64,000 nucleotides of DNA, taken from NCBI GenBank assembly GCA_964016885.1, contig OZ024747.1:6448001-6512000 (forward strand). Reading direction: 5' to 3'. The position numbers and the translations under genes were made by a program. Under the pieces are notes generated by a model, which was not told where the DNA came from, did not search any database, and saw only the letters and a list, made by a program, of their open reading frames with translations. The DNA comes from Eledone cirrhosa (lineage: Eukaryota). Of the stretch, positions 13,483 through 27,533 are shown piece after piece (within the stretch, counting starts at the first letter, position 1; each line of letters opens with the position of its first letter).

Positions 13483-13616
13483 AAAAAGTATGACCCCGAC
13501 GGCAGAGCTCTGCCGTCGGGGTCATACTTTTTCCTATTTCCCACCCTACTACCCTAAGTATTGAGTACTCTGCTGCGTTATGGTCCATCTGGTTCCTTAC
13601 CACAATTCCTTTGTTA
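13478..13616. mobile_element. Fold-back (TA)n insert, family D
   Basis: Perfect palindrome 13478-13537 centred on gag|ctc, followed by a 3' tail shared with 38161-38237 and 40750-40830. Confidence 0.85.
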
Positions 13617-13657
13617 TATATATATATATATATATATACATATATATATACGTATAC

Positions 13658-13884
<227 letters not shown>

Positions 13885-14081
13885 GATAAATCTACCAAGA
13901 GTTTACGGTAGTGTCCAATCCGTATGAAGAACTCAATGTAATCCGGATATCATGGAAAGAAGAGATGCAATGAAAAATCACTTTCGGTGAAAGATAAACG
14001 GAATACAGAGTCAAGATAAAATATTAAAAAAATAATGAATAAAACAATGAAACAGTTCCTTATATTAAACAAAAAAAGTTC

Positions 14082-14230
14082 ATTATTTAACGATCGTTTC
14101 TAGGATATATATGTGTTAGAATTGGCATGCATATTCAACAGATCTATGTACAAAATTATACAAAATTATACAAACTATCAAAATTAAATATACATACCAA
14201 ACACATATATATGCCGTCTTCAGAAATAAT
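14082..14230 (-). ncRNA. Hammerhead motif with long stem II (family C, left arm)
   Basis: Reverse complement of 14229-14377. Confidence 0.6.
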
Positions 14231-14377
14231 TATTTCTGAAGACGGCATATATATGTGTTTGGTATGTATATTTAATTTTGATAGTTTGTATAATTTTGTA
14301 TAATTTTGTACATAGATCTGTTGAATATGCATGCCAATTCTAACACATATATATCCTAGAAACGATCGTTAAATAAT
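14229..14377 (+). ncRNA. Hammerhead motif with long stem II (family C, right arm)
   Basis: attattt-CTGAAGA-cggcatatatatgtgtt...aacacatatatatccta-GAAA-c-gatc-g-TT-aaataat; 7-bp stem I, palindromic GAUC loop III, GUU triplet. Confidence 0.65.
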
Positions 14378-14443
14378 GAACTTTTTTTGTTTAATATAAG
14401 GAACTGTTTCATTGTTTTATTCATTATTTTTTTTATATTTTTA

Positions 14444-14507
<64 letters not shown>

Positions 14508-14724
14508 AAGAAGTTTACATAGTAATTCGTAAAATCAAACTAGTCGGTTTGTATATCATCATCATCATCATTTTATGTCCGCTATTTCCCTGCTTGCAAG
14601 GGTGGGACGAAAACTGATTCTGGCATGATTTCTACAGTTGGATGCCCTTCCTAGCACCAACCTCATTTACAGTGAGTGCTGGGTGCTTTTTTGCCGTGGC
14701 GCCTCTGCGACCACTTTGCAGTGG

Positions 14725-14846
14725 AATGATAGGGAGCCCAGTCCTATCATCTCATTTGTACAGCTGAGTAAACTGGAGCAATATGAAATAAAGTGTCTTG
14801 CTCAAGGAAACAACACATCACCCGGTCTGAGAATTGAACTCACAAC
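14725..14846 (-). mobile_element. SINE family 2 fragment (tail c)
   Basis: Closely matches 4920-5040. Confidence 0.75.
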
Positions 14847-14857
14847 CATACACACAC

Positions 14858-14950
<93 letters not shown>

Positions 14951-15313
14951 GAGAGAGAGAGAGGGGGGGAGAGAGGGAGAGAGAGAGAGAGGAGAAAATA
15001 TAAAAAGGGGCGCGAAGAAGACATAAACACATACACACACAAATACATATATATAATGTGCAAAAGAAAGAAAGGATACATATTGTATCTAGTTAAGGGA
15101 AAGTTAAGGACCTCGTTGTATTGTGTCGAGCCTCAATGTAAATAATATCCAAAGTGAAATCACGTTATGACATGTTCAGTTGACTTCTACAATGGTTAAT
15201 GGTTTTCACATCCTTGCTAACATAAACACTTAGCCGAAAACTCCGCCCATTATCTATGTCTCTATGTATAGAAATAGATGCAGGACCCCGACGGCTGAGC
15301 TCCATACACACAC

Positions 15314-15348
<35 letters not shown>

Positions 15349-15357
15349 TGTCCATAT

Positions 15358-15425
<68 letters not shown>

Positions 15426-15774
15426 AAATAACAGGAGGCTGGTGTAATTCCTTAAAAGGTATATTATACTATGATCATTTCAATGACCGGGTTCAGTATG
15501 AAGGTTATATCTGTATATACACCGAGTGTGTGTCATACACTATACCAATGATACATATACACTCATTTAATATGTAGACATGTAAACACGCCAGGAAATT
15601 TACATTTCCCAGTAAGTTGGAAAAAAATGATAGACACATTTAATCGATCTAATTGGGCCTTAATCAGAGGGTGTGTATATAAGCCGATAAGTGTATATAA
15701 GTGTATATAAGTGTATATAAGCCCATTTCTATGTCCCGCGGGGACATAGAAATAATTGGACTGGAAACTCGATC

Positions 15775-16087
15775 GCGCGGTTAAACCACTGGGAGTGAAG
15801 GACCCCTAGCTTTGTCAGGGCATTCTTCTAGGAGAAGGCAACTTAGGAAACTGGGATAACTCCAACATAAAACCTGCGGCTCAGTAGTTACCGATGATGT
15901 TGATCTTTTTTTTTTTTTTCGGGTTATAGCTACTGTCGCTCAGAGAGTGGGATTGGCTCAGTGCACAGTCTTTCCTCACTTTGAAAAAATCTTCACGCAC
16001 AGGCATTGTACAATAGCATTAATTGATAATTATCAATAATGTTATATCGTGCAATGGCCATACTCGACAACGAGGGGGCAGCCATCA
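15775..16087 (+). mobile_element. About 310-bp dispersed repeat, possibly from an RTE-type LINE 5' region
   Basis: Co-terminal copy at 62990-63303; ctaggagaaggcaact...taaaacct resembles RTE 5' UTRs (recalled, not verified). Confidence 0.65.
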
Positions 16088-16434
16088 TGTATGTATATGA
16101 TTATATATATGTATGCTCTTGACATCAAAGAACCTCATTCATCGGTGAGTGTAAAAAGTATTTCACACCTATTGATGACTTATGTCAACTACTCTATATA
16201 ATCCGGTTTATCGAGACATAACTACACAAAATGACTACATACATACATCTTCATCTTCTTGGTCCCATAACACTTGATAGAGTCGGAGGAGCGCCGCCTT
16301 GACATCCGGCGTTTCTTGGGCATTTTAAGTCTAGCGGATCCCATCCCTCTCCAGGCCTGAGTAGAGCAGATTTCTTCCAGGGAATAATAGAGAGACGGAG
16401 AGAATTGAAGTGAGAAAGAGATATAGAGGAAGAA

Positions 16435-16615
16435 TCGACCCCAGTACTTGACTGGTACTTTTCTTATCGACCTCGAAAAGATGACAGGCAAAGTTGACTT
16501 CAGGGGGATTTGAACAAAGTTGACCTCGGCGGGATTTGAACAAAGTTGACCTCGGCGGGATTTGAACAAAGTTGACCTCGGCGGGATTTGAACAATTTTG
16601 CCAATTCGTCGCCTT
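16435..16615 (-). mobile_element. SINE family 1 relative with a tandemly amplified 26-bp core
   Basis: caaagttgacctcggcgggatttgaa occurs four times at about 16489-16592. Confidence 0.8.
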
Positions 16616-16966
16616 TGAGAATTATAGTAAAAAACAGTAAAAGAACACACACACATGGGGTTGTTGGTGAAAGTATAGGTGGTGGTGGTGGTGGTGATGG
16701 TGGTGGTGGTGGTGATGGTGGTGGTGGCGGTGGTGGTGGTGGTGGTGGTGGTGGTGGCGGTGGTGGTGGTGGTGGTGGTGGTGGTGGTGGTGGTGGTGGT
16801 GGTGGTGGTGGCGGTGGTGGTGGTGGTGGTGGTGGTGGTGGTGGTGGTGGTGGTGGTGGTGGTGGTGGTGATGGTTGGAGTGGAATGCATTTGCAGTTTC
16901 CAAGCTGTAATAGTACACATGTTGACACAGAAAGTGAGCTGGGTCCCTGCTCTCATATATTGTTTC

Positions 16967-17019
<53 letters not shown>

Positions 17020-17137
17020 GCTCTCTCTCTCTCTTCACACACTACCTCCCTCTCTCTCTTTTCACACACACACACTCTCTGACAACACACACATATACAC
17101 ACTTATTCATACGTACACACATTATTAACAACACGTT

Positions 17138-17252
17138 TTGAGTTCAAATCCCGCCGAGGTTAACTTTTCATCCTTACGGGGTCGATAAAATAAAGTACCA
17201 GTAATGCACTGGGATAATTGCTGGCCTTGTGACAAAAGTAGAAACAATTATT
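17138..17252 (+). mobile_element. SINE family 1, 5'-truncated
   Basis: Match to window consensus. Confidence 0.85.
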
Positions 17253-17394
17253 AACAACATATACACACATATATCCAAATAAAACAACAAAACTCAAACT
17301 TCGATGTCACTGTCACTTTTCTTTTCAGAAAATATGTATTGAGTGCTCATTCAGTTAACGTTTGATTCTTATAAGGGCAATTGTCTTTTAAACA

Positions 17395-17427
<33 letters not shown>

Positions 17428-17495
17428 CGTATGTATATATATATGTATATGTATATATATATGTATATGTGTATATATATATGTGTGTATGTGTG

Positions 17496-17554
<59 letters not shown>

Positions 17555-17601
17555 ATATATGTATATATATATATGTATATATATATGTATATATATATGT
17601 G

Positions 17602-17632
<31 letters not shown>

Positions 17633-17709
17633 GTGTGTGTGTGTATATATATATATGTGTATATATGTATATATATATGTATATATATATGTGTATATAT
17701 ATATATGTG

Positions 17710-17757
<48 letters not shown>

Positions 17758-17771
17758 AATATATATGTATC

Positions 17772-17823
<52 letters not shown>

Positions 17824-17900
17824 TATATATATATATATATACATATATATATACATATATACACACATATATATATACATATACATATATATATACATAC

Positions 17901-17958
<58 letters not shown>

Positions 17959-18029
17959 ATATATATATATATATGTGTGTGTGTATATATATATATATAT
18001 GTATATATATATTTATATATATATATGTA

Positions 18030-18095
18030 TACAGTGCGGTTTTAGCTGTCGAAACGGCCGGAGCTCAGCCGTCGGGTTCCTGAATCTTTTCATAT
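18030..18095 (+). mobile_element. Family D' fragment in (TA)n
   Basis: tagctgtcgaaacggccggagctcagccgtcgggttcctgaatcttttcat. Confidence 0.7.
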
Positions 18096-18273
18096 ATGTA
18101 TGTATATGTGTGTTATATGATAAAAAAGAGTTATGTATAAGTTTCGTCTTTGGTGACCCTAGGGGCAGTGTAAAGCCCCAAAAGATGAGAGAATATATGT
18201 GAAAGACAGACACACACACATACAATTAAGTGCACCAATACGCACATACATACACACACATACATGTACATAG

Positions 18274-18306
<33 letters not shown>

Positions 18307-18682
18307 CGAGAGAGAGAATATATGGTTATGTTGTGGTGTAGAAAATTGTTTGAGTGCTGGTACGTAAGTTGTTTGAAATATTTCAAACTACTACCAGCAC
18401 CACCACTACCACTACCACTACCACCACCACCACCATTATAACACCAGCACCAGCACCACCACTACCACTACCACCACTACCACTACCACCACCATCACCA
18501 TTATAACACCAGCACCAGCACCACCACCACCACCACCGCCACCACCGCCACCATCACCACCGCCAAAAATCCGCCACCGCCACCGCCACCGCCAAAAATC
18601 CGCCACCACCACCACCACCACCACCACCACCATTATAACACCACCACCACCGCCGCCACCAATGATGTTCCAGGCTACAACG

Positions 18683-18783
<101 letters not shown>

Positions 18784-18853
18784 CTGGGCGTTGCTGTGAC
18801 AGAGATAAATGGGATGCTAAGGTCTTCCTGCATCCTTGTCCTCTGGCATCGTG

Positions 18854-18916
<63 letters not shown>

Positions 18917-19033
18917 CATGCACACACAGATACATACGTATACACACACATACATGTACATATATGCGTGCATTCTTAATACCTTCCCACAAAAAAACCT
19001 GATTTTCTTACTGCATTTTGCGTATGTGTGCGT

Positions 19034-19085
<52 letters not shown>

Positions 19086-19120
19086 CACTGCATATGTATA
19101 GCCTTACATATATGTATATA

Positions 19121-19184
<64 letters not shown>

Positions 19185-19266
19185 TGCATATGTATATACT
19201 TACATATATGTGTATATGTATATATATATATATTATTTCACTGCATATGTATATAATAACATATAT

Positions 19267-19325
<59 letters not shown>

Positions 19326-20666
19326 CATACACATGTAGATCTATGTACATATGTAATTTACATAGACATATACAAACATATACTACTTTTGTGTTGGTTA
19401 AACCTGACTCGTGAGACAAAAAAATATTTATATCGGTTATTAGGTCTTGGAAAATTGGTTTCTCATGTATAGAACAAGGTTATTCTTTGGAGTAATGTCC
19501 CTTGCTTCTTGCTTTTAGATTTAAAGCCCATTGGTGGGAGTTTTTAGCTACTAATTGCATGGATAGTCTCAGCTGATCGAACATTTCTAAATCCTTATAT
19601 TATATATCAGACCCTACAATATTTGTATATAGTATGTATATTGTATAAAGCCCTCAGCTGAAGATTTTTCTGCCAGCCATATTGTAAATCTACTTCCAGT
19701 GTATTACTGGTACATATTTTAGAAATGCAAGTGAAGTGGGGTTGATTACTTAGTGTAGATACAGAAACCAGCGATGGAGATTCTATGCGGTAGTTCGGTC
19801 AACAAACAGTGGCAACCAGTTCTCTCACAACTAGAATTACAGCAACAGTAATTTCTAACGTTGGCACAAAGCGAATAAGGACTTGTCGATTATGTCATCT
19901 ACCATTACTTAACCTGTACATTAATATATTGTCCACGGAGCGGTTGTGGTAGGATTTGAACTCAGAAAGTAAAGGGCTGGAAATAAATACCGCCAAGTCA
20001 AAGCAGCAGATGAAGGTAAACAATTTGAGTACATTTGATACTAACCTTTGACAAATTAGACTGAAACTAACAAGGATTTATGAATATGGAAGTTTCTTTG
20101 AAATTAATCCATAATTTCTTGAACACGTCTTCACTTATTTTTGTCAGTTACCAACAATTCCAGCTAGATTTTTAAACACTTATTTAGCAGTATTGAGTTG
20201 TCAAGAATGAAATTTGTAGAAATTTGTATTAAAAAAAACAACAAATTTCTACAAATTTCATACTTGACGACCCAATAGCAGAAACGGCGCCTTCCAGGTG
20301 GTTTTCTGCAAGTATGTTTATGTACATGTCTATTTCGTAATGTAGCTAACGTATACAAATTATGAAGAGAGAAAACAATAATCTTGACGTAGGAAGGATG
20401 CGAACTCGCACCAATATATTTCGTATTGCGGTTTATTTAATTTGAAACAACGACGTTTATTCTCTACAAAATAGTGCCCCCCTCAACATACTTAATTCAA
20501 GCTGAGATATGAACCAGAAATAAGCAGAAGCACGATTGAAACAGTCCAACAGATTATCTTCGACGAGATTCGGACCCTTACCGATTTTCGAATAAAACAC
20601 TTTTTATAGACTTTCTGATAGTCTATATACAGCCCCTATTTCAGGACTTCCTAGTGTAGTGAATTA

Positions 20667-20835
20667 CCGTATTTCCCGGCGCCGAAGACGATTCATCTTC
20701 GAGGACGCACCTTAATTTCGACAACCCAAAATTTGAAAAAAAAATAATAAACACCCATTGGCCTCCAGGACGCATGGTAGATTTTTGAGACTTATTTTAG
20801 GAAAAAAGTAGCGTCTTCGACCCCAGGAAATATGT
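20667..20835. mobile_element. pogo/Tigger-type (Tc1/mariner) MITE
   Basis: TA-ccgtatttcc ... ggaaatatgt-TA; second copy at 50144-50312. Confidence 0.8.
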
Positions 20836-21149
20836 TACTTATAATTAAAAGGTTAAATTGTTTTTTCCTGGCGGGAGAACGGTACGAACTTGCAATGCCA
20901 TATTTAATTTTGCTGTTTATTTACTTTAATACTGAAGTACAATATTTATTTGCCGAAGCCAGAAAGTCCTGTGGACACCAGTTCGAAACGTTTATTTAGC
21001 AAGTAACTCATTTTTACTGCATTGGTTTAGAATACGGCGAACTGTGATGCAGTTAATCTGAAACGGAGATTAGCTTGATAGAGTTTTCTAGAGCTTTCCA
21101 AGAGTTTCTACTTGATAAAGTTATCAAGAGTTTATATCAGTTCGTCCTG

Positions 21150-21485
21150 GCATTGTATATCACGTTTGCACTGTTACCTAAAGTAGGTCAACATGACACT
21201 ACCATATGTTGCTATAAAATCTAGGTCAGTTTGACATTGTTATCTAGAAAGCAGAGAAACGGGGTAGAGATGGCATACTAGAAAGTAGTTCAGTTTGACA
21301 CTCTTAATCTAGAAGGCAAGTTTCTACATTGCTATCTCAAAAGTAGATCAATTTGACATAGTGATCTAGGATCATTAGATGCATGTACTTAAATATAGGC
21401 GATGTAGATAATCAAATATAGGTCAGGGTTTTAAAATTTAGGTCAATTGACATGGTTTTCTGAGACGTAGTTTAGGTTGACATTA
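21150..21485. repeat. Degenerate minisatellite
   Basis: Recurrent aaagtaggtcaatttgaca...tatctag-like units. Confidence 0.55.
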
Positions 21486-21489
21486 TTTC

Positions 21490-21625
21490 TTACGTCCCTT
21501 TACAGTCTGAGTTCAAATCCCGCCGAGGTTAACTTTGCCTTTCATCCTTACGGGGTCGATAAAATAAAGTACCAGTAATGTACTGGGATAATTGCTGGCC
21601 TTGTGCCAAAAGTAGAGACTATTAT
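21490..21625 (+). mobile_element. SINE family 1, 5'-truncated
   Basis: Match to window consensus. Confidence 0.85.
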
Positions 21626-21854
21626 TTCACTCAAGGATGTGTATGGGGTTGGAGGAGGTTAGGGGGTTACTACAGCTATTATACATGAGAGGGCATAATG
21701 AGCTTACTGATTATAAAGAATCATGATACTTGCTTCAATTAATGCAAACAGGTAGCATTTCAAAACATGTAATTTAGCTCTATTAAATGATATAAATTAC
21801 CTATGAATGTCTAATATCGCTATGGTTCCTTTTGTTAATTCACACTTCTTAACC

Positions 21855-21955
<101 letters not shown>

Positions 21956-22236
21956 ATGTGAACACACAAATAATATAAAAATTCAGAGACACGCTCCCCA
22001 ATGTGAACACACAAATAATATAAAAAATTATTTTCTCATTTCCAGAATTCTCTAACCCAAATCTGACACCAGAGCGACTATATTTATTACTATAGAAACA
22101 ATTATTTTCTTAGAAATATTACTAATAAACTCCACATAAAATGGCAGTACGTACGTCATCTTCATGTGTTGGTGAGAAAATATACGTCACTTTGAGATTA
22201 GTCAGTAAAAACATAGATCAAGTTATTACTTATATA

Positions 22237-22550
22237 GGCGCAGCCATGTCTCTGTGGTTAAAGAGTTCACTTTACAGCACACGTGGTTTCGAGTTCACTT
22301 CCACAACTTGGCAGTTTGAGAAAGTGCCTTCTACTATAACCTCGTGTTCGTCAATGTCATGCGAGTGAAATTTAGTAGGCAGAGATTGTGCAGAAATTTG
22401 GTAAAATGGCTCAGGCATGGCTTTGTGGTTAATGAGTTCGCTTTGAACCCACATGATTTGGGATTCAGTCCTGTTGCGCGACACTTGAGCAAATATCTTC
22501 GGTTATAGTGTCGGGTTGACCAATATCATGTGAGTGGAATTTGGTAGACT
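22237..22550 (+). mobile_element. Two tandem degenerate tRNA-derived SINEs
   Basis: Two units ggc.cag.catg.ct.tgtggttaa.gagttc.ctt ... tg.gagtg.aattt.gtag. Confidence 0.6.
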
Positions 22551-23128
22551 TCAATATTCTAACTGTCCCAATAGTGAACTATAGTTGTAATGTTATCAAT
22601 TAGATACTAAATAAACTAGGTCAAAACAGGAATTAAACAAAGTAATGACTTCATTTCCAGAATTCTCTAACCCAAATCTGACACCAGAGCGACTATATTT
22701 TCCACAAATACAAAGAGGCTACCTACCTTCCCGTATTCCACAAGAGCTCTACGTCAGGTAGAGACCTTGTACATCTAGAAAACTATTATAAAATATGCAA
22801 CCCATTGCTGCTGAACTCTTGAGGGAATCGTATCGATACCATTGTAGCATACGGCGTGTCTCGGACTTTTAAACCTGGCAAAGCCAATCCGTCTCCAGGT
22901 TTGTGTACGAGCGATTTCTAACAGAGAGAGAGAAGGGAGCGGGGGTTAGAATCGATGCTAACAATTGACTGGTAATTTATTTATCGATCCCAAAAGGATG
23001 AAAGGCGAAATTTACCTTGGCATAATTCAAACACGAGGTGCAGAGACTCGGAACGAATACCGCAAAGTATTTTATCCGACGTTCTAATGACTCTGCCAAT
23101 TGACCGTCTCATAAAATATAGCGTTTGA

Positions 23129-23220
23129 TGGCTCTTCCAGCGCATCTCCCTTACCATCCTCCGGGGAAACACCTTCGCCATTCTGTCCGCCGGGGCCTGT
23201 GGGGAGGCCAGCACGTGGGA
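23129..23220 (+). mobile_element. CRE-like non-LTR retrotransposon, RLE domain C-terminal fragment
   Basis: Translates WLFQRISLTILRGNTFAILSAG; same family as 60670-60960. Confidence 0.75.
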
Positions 23221-23524
23221 CCCCATTTGCTCACCATACGGATTAACGAAAATAAACCAACCTTTTAACGTTGCTAAAAAGAAATATCGAATGGAAAACT
23301 AGTACAATAGATGAACAAAATAAAAAAAAATCTTTTCTCTCTCCAAAGAAACCCACAAATATTAAACAGACGCTGAAATGACAAACAGCTGCAATGAGAA
23401 AGGGGAAACAAAAATAGAAATTTTGAAAAAGATAAAAAAATAAGTTAAAATGGGCTAGGGTGTGCTTCGCTAAAGCGAGAGCATGAAATGCCCTTACATA
23501 ACAAAGCATGCCCTCGCAAAACGA

Positions 23525-23800
23525 AATGAGCATGACGCCACTGCCAATTGTCAAAGGTCCCACCTTCCTCCCTATCTGGACTGAGGAATAAATATTGCAA
23601 TAACTTGGGGTTCAAACACCCACAAGTCTTTATATATTGCCCGAAACATAATTACATGGATTTTGATACAGATGCTTTAAAGAATCATCTTGACCTTCTG
23701 CTGCCCAAGATCTCAAACGAGTCTACATTACGGCGAGAAACTCAAATGAGAGCATCAGTGCCCAACCTCTCAATCTTCAATGGTTAACTTAGGAAGCGTT
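23525..23800 (+). mobile_element. CR1-group LINE ORF2 3' remnant
   Basis: RNKYCNNLGFKHPQVF...ALKNHLDLLLPKISNES resembles the GPxLFN.LP...FK..LD..L...PDEP C-terminus. Confidence 0.55.
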
Positions 23801-24769
23801 GCTATAGATTGCGTGGCAATAATGGTTGTAGCTCCATAATGGCCATAGCTTGTGGGTTGGATAATTGATTATTGATTACGACAAAGGAGGTCGATAAATA
23901 AACAAAGGAGGTCGACAAAGGAGGTCGATAACTAAAAAATCAGTTCAGTAATGGGGATTGAATTGTTCCTCCTCTATATCTTTACTGACATCCTTTCTAT
24001 TACTCACTGTTTCTCTGGAAGACATTGGCTATGTTCAGATATAAGATATAGTAAGGGAAGGACTCGACCAGGTTTAAATGTCCAAGACACGCCGTATATC
24101 ACAACGGCATTTCTACAACTCTGTCAAGAGTTATGGTGCCATGGCATTAAGCAAACCATTAATTTATCAAAATTCAAATTTCCAGGTTGTATTACTGTTC
24201 ATATATCCGGTTAGAGTATAACAACCCTAGACTTCAACAATGAAATACTGCTATTGCTGACAGCACAGGATAAATAGTATTAACAGAATGAACAACTAAA
24301 AGTCACAACAGCAACGAATGATTTCAAGATAGCCACCGTATCTAATACATTGATAACAATGGTAGCTGTTGTAGCACGTCACAGTAGACGTGGTACATTG
24401 AAATATTGCATTTTATTCGGTCGTTTTACCGCCGGTTGTAAAACTAACAAGCTTGAGAGTTATTTACAATTTGTTTAGTCTGCAATAACAAAACATACAT
24501 TTGGGTGGATTGCACTTGAATTACACACTTATATACATTTATACACGCACGACGACTACCCACGCAAACACACACACACACACACACTCTCTCTCTCACA
24601 CACTCACACACACGCTCACACACTCTCTCTCTCTCTCTCACACTCACACACACACACTCACTCACACACTCACTCACACACATATATTTGTACGTATGTT
24701 TATAAACATATATACTCACACATCCAGCCGATATACTCACACACTTATAAACAGATCTACCATGGGATA

Positions 24770-24813
<44 letters not shown>

Positions 24814-25105
24814 ACTCGGTTACGACGACGAGTGTTCCGTTTGATCCGATCAATGGAACAGCCTGCTCATGAAATTAACGTTGAAGTGGCTGAGCATTCC
24901 ACAGACACATATACCCTTAATGTAGTTCTCAGGAAGATTCAGCATGACAGAATGTGACAAGGCTGCCACCTTCGAATTACAGGTACAACTGGAGCAATGT
25001 GAAATAAAGTGTCTTGCTCAAGGACCCAACGCACCGCCGGGAATCAAGGACTCACGACCTTACGACTGTGAACCGAATAGCCAAACCACAAAGTCACGTG
25101 TCTTC
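24814..25105 (-). mobile_element. SINE family 2 (tail a)
   Basis: Reverse-complement homologue of 9471-9812, ending at a (TAG)n run. Confidence 0.8.
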
Positions 25106-25178
25106 ACAGTAGTGGTGGTGGTGGTAGTAGTTGTAGTAGTGGCAACCTTTCTTTATTGTCCAGAAGGGTTCATATACA

Positions 25179-26219
25179 CAGTGATGGGTTGCCAGGTTGC
25201 CCAATGGCAAGTGGGCCCCAGGGGGCCCACGGTAGCATTGCAAGAGCCCACAGTAGCATTGCAGGGCCCACTGTAGTATTTTAGGGGTCAATGCTTTGCT
25301 TTCAAAAAATATCTGAAATCTAAGAGAAAGAATAAAATTTAAAAAAAATAAATAAATAAAACAATTAAGCAAAGCTTTTGGTCAACCAAAGAGGGGGAGA
25401 AATGAGGTGCAACAGAAATGAAACATGGATTACAGGTTAAAATATAGTCTAGATAGATGTGAAACAAAACGAGGATGTAGTTTATGGAACATCCAAGGGA
25501 TTTAGAAGTCGACCTCAAGTAGGAGCAATAACATTAAGAAAGACATGAACGACACCACATCATTTTGTTTTGAAAATTCTGAAAGTAGGTTTATAAGTTT
25601 GAATTTTCATAAGATTTTCGTAGTTGTCTCTGTGGCCAAGCGGTAGTTACTAGAGACGGTGGAGATCCTGGTCTTGCGTTCAATCCTGATCAAGAGGTAC
25701 ATGTAACCTTTTTCAACCAATAGAAAAAAAACTGTAAAGGTTTACCGGGAACCCTACTCTCGACCAGGATCACCACCGTCTATGCTTCCTCTAACTAGGC
25801 TGCCGAGACAGCTACAGAAGCATAATGAAAATTGATAATTATAAACCTACTTTCAAAATCAAAGTTAAAAAGATGTGGTATCGTTTATGGCTTTCCAAGA
25901 GCTATTAGTAATATTTAGGTCATTATTGAAAGACTCTGGATTTCGCAAAATACATAATATTGTTTATTGGAGAAGGTAAGGTATTTTTCCGCAAAAATTT
26001 GATTGCACTGTTTTGTTTCCACTTAGGTATTTTTCGAAAATGTTATTCATTCATTATAAAAATTAAATGATAGCATTCTATATGTAGGTGGGCCCCCTTC
26101 ATTCTATATGTAGGTGGGCTCCCTTCATTCTATATGTAGGTGGGCCCCCTTCATTCTATATGTAGGTGGGCCCCCTACATCTCCCCGCAACCAATACTTT
26201 TAGACCCAGTCCGCCACTG
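25179..26219. mobile_element. Non-autonomous hAT-like DNA transposon
   Basis: TIRs cagtgatgggttg / cagtccgccactg, 8-bp TSD catataca / tatataca, subterminal gggccc motifs and a 26-bp tandem repeat at 26074-26176. Confidence 0.7.
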
Positions 26220-26482
26220 TATATACACAAAACACCTCATATTTAATGGGGTTTAACAAAATTCGCTAGGACTCTACATCTATATAATAAATGAGAGTGT
26301 GGCAAATACAGTTCTGATAGAGACCAGTAATATGGAGATGGTGGAGGGGGTCAGTCGATTGACCCCAGTATTTCACTGGTACTTTATTTTATAGACTCTA
26401 AAGGGATTAAAGGCAAAGTTGAGATTAATGGAATTTTCAGATGGGTTAAAATCTTGGCAAATAAATCCTATACAAATATATG

Positions 26483-26533
<51 letters not shown>

Positions 26534-27347
26534 ATGGTGGTAGTAGTGATGGTGGTAGTACTGGTGGTAGTTGTAGACAATGGTGGTGGTGGTGGTGGCG
26601 GTGGTAGTAGTGGAGGTGATGGTAGTGGTGATGGTGGAGGCGATGGTAAAAATAGTGGTAGTAGTGGTGGTGGTGGTAGTAGCAGTAGTGATGGTAGTAG
26701 TGGAGGTGGTGGTGGTAGTGGTGGTGATAGTGGTGGTGGTGGTAGTAGTAGTAGTGATGGTAGTAGTGGAGGTGATGCTGGTGGTGGTGGTAGTAACAGT
26801 AGTGATGGTAGTAGTGAAGGTGGTGGTGGTGGTGGTGGTGGTGGTAGTAGCAGTAGTGGATGTGGTGTTGGTGGTGGTGATGGTGGTGGTAGTGATGGTA
26901 GTAGTGGAGGTAATGGTGGTGGTGGTAGTAGTGATGGTAGTAGTGGAGCTGGTGGTGGTGGTGGTGGTGATAGTGGTGGTGGTGGTGGTAGTAGTAGTTA
27001 TGATGATGATGATGTTAGTATCAGCTGACATGGCTGTTATATTTAAGCTACCACACCAACATACCATCCGATAGGTGTCAGCACTATTTCAATTACTGCA
27101 GGCCATTCTTTGACAATAATTAATTATTGTCCATCATACTGGCTGCCCTGTTCAGTTTCGCTTTTATTGTTTATCTTGTTGTTGTTGCTGTTAGTATTGC
27201 TGTTAGTGCTGTTGTTAGTGCTGTTGTTACTGTTGTTGTTAGTTGTTGTTGTTGTTGTTGTTGTTGTTAGTGGTGTTGTTACTTGTTGTTATTAGTGTTG
27301 TTGTTGTTAGTTTTTGTTGTTAGTGTTTTTGTTGTTAGTTGTTATTA

Positions 27348-27533
27348 GGTGGATTGGCAGTATCGGTAGAGGGTTGGACGCCATGCTTTCCAGCGTGTTA
27401 CGTCCCTTTACGAACTGAGTTCAAATCCCGCCGAGGTTGACTTTGCCTTTCATCCTTACGGGGTCGATAAAATAAAGTACCAGTCACGCACTGGGTAATT
27501 GCTGGCCTTGTGCCTAAAGTAGAAACAATTATT
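27348..27533 (+). mobile_element. SINE family 1, full length
   Basis: Consensus match inside a (GTT)n tract. Confidence 0.9.

Noticed and set aside
15725-15753. 13-bp-arm hairpin as a terminator
   Set aside because: Eukaryotic context and no U tract; more likely another small fold-back.
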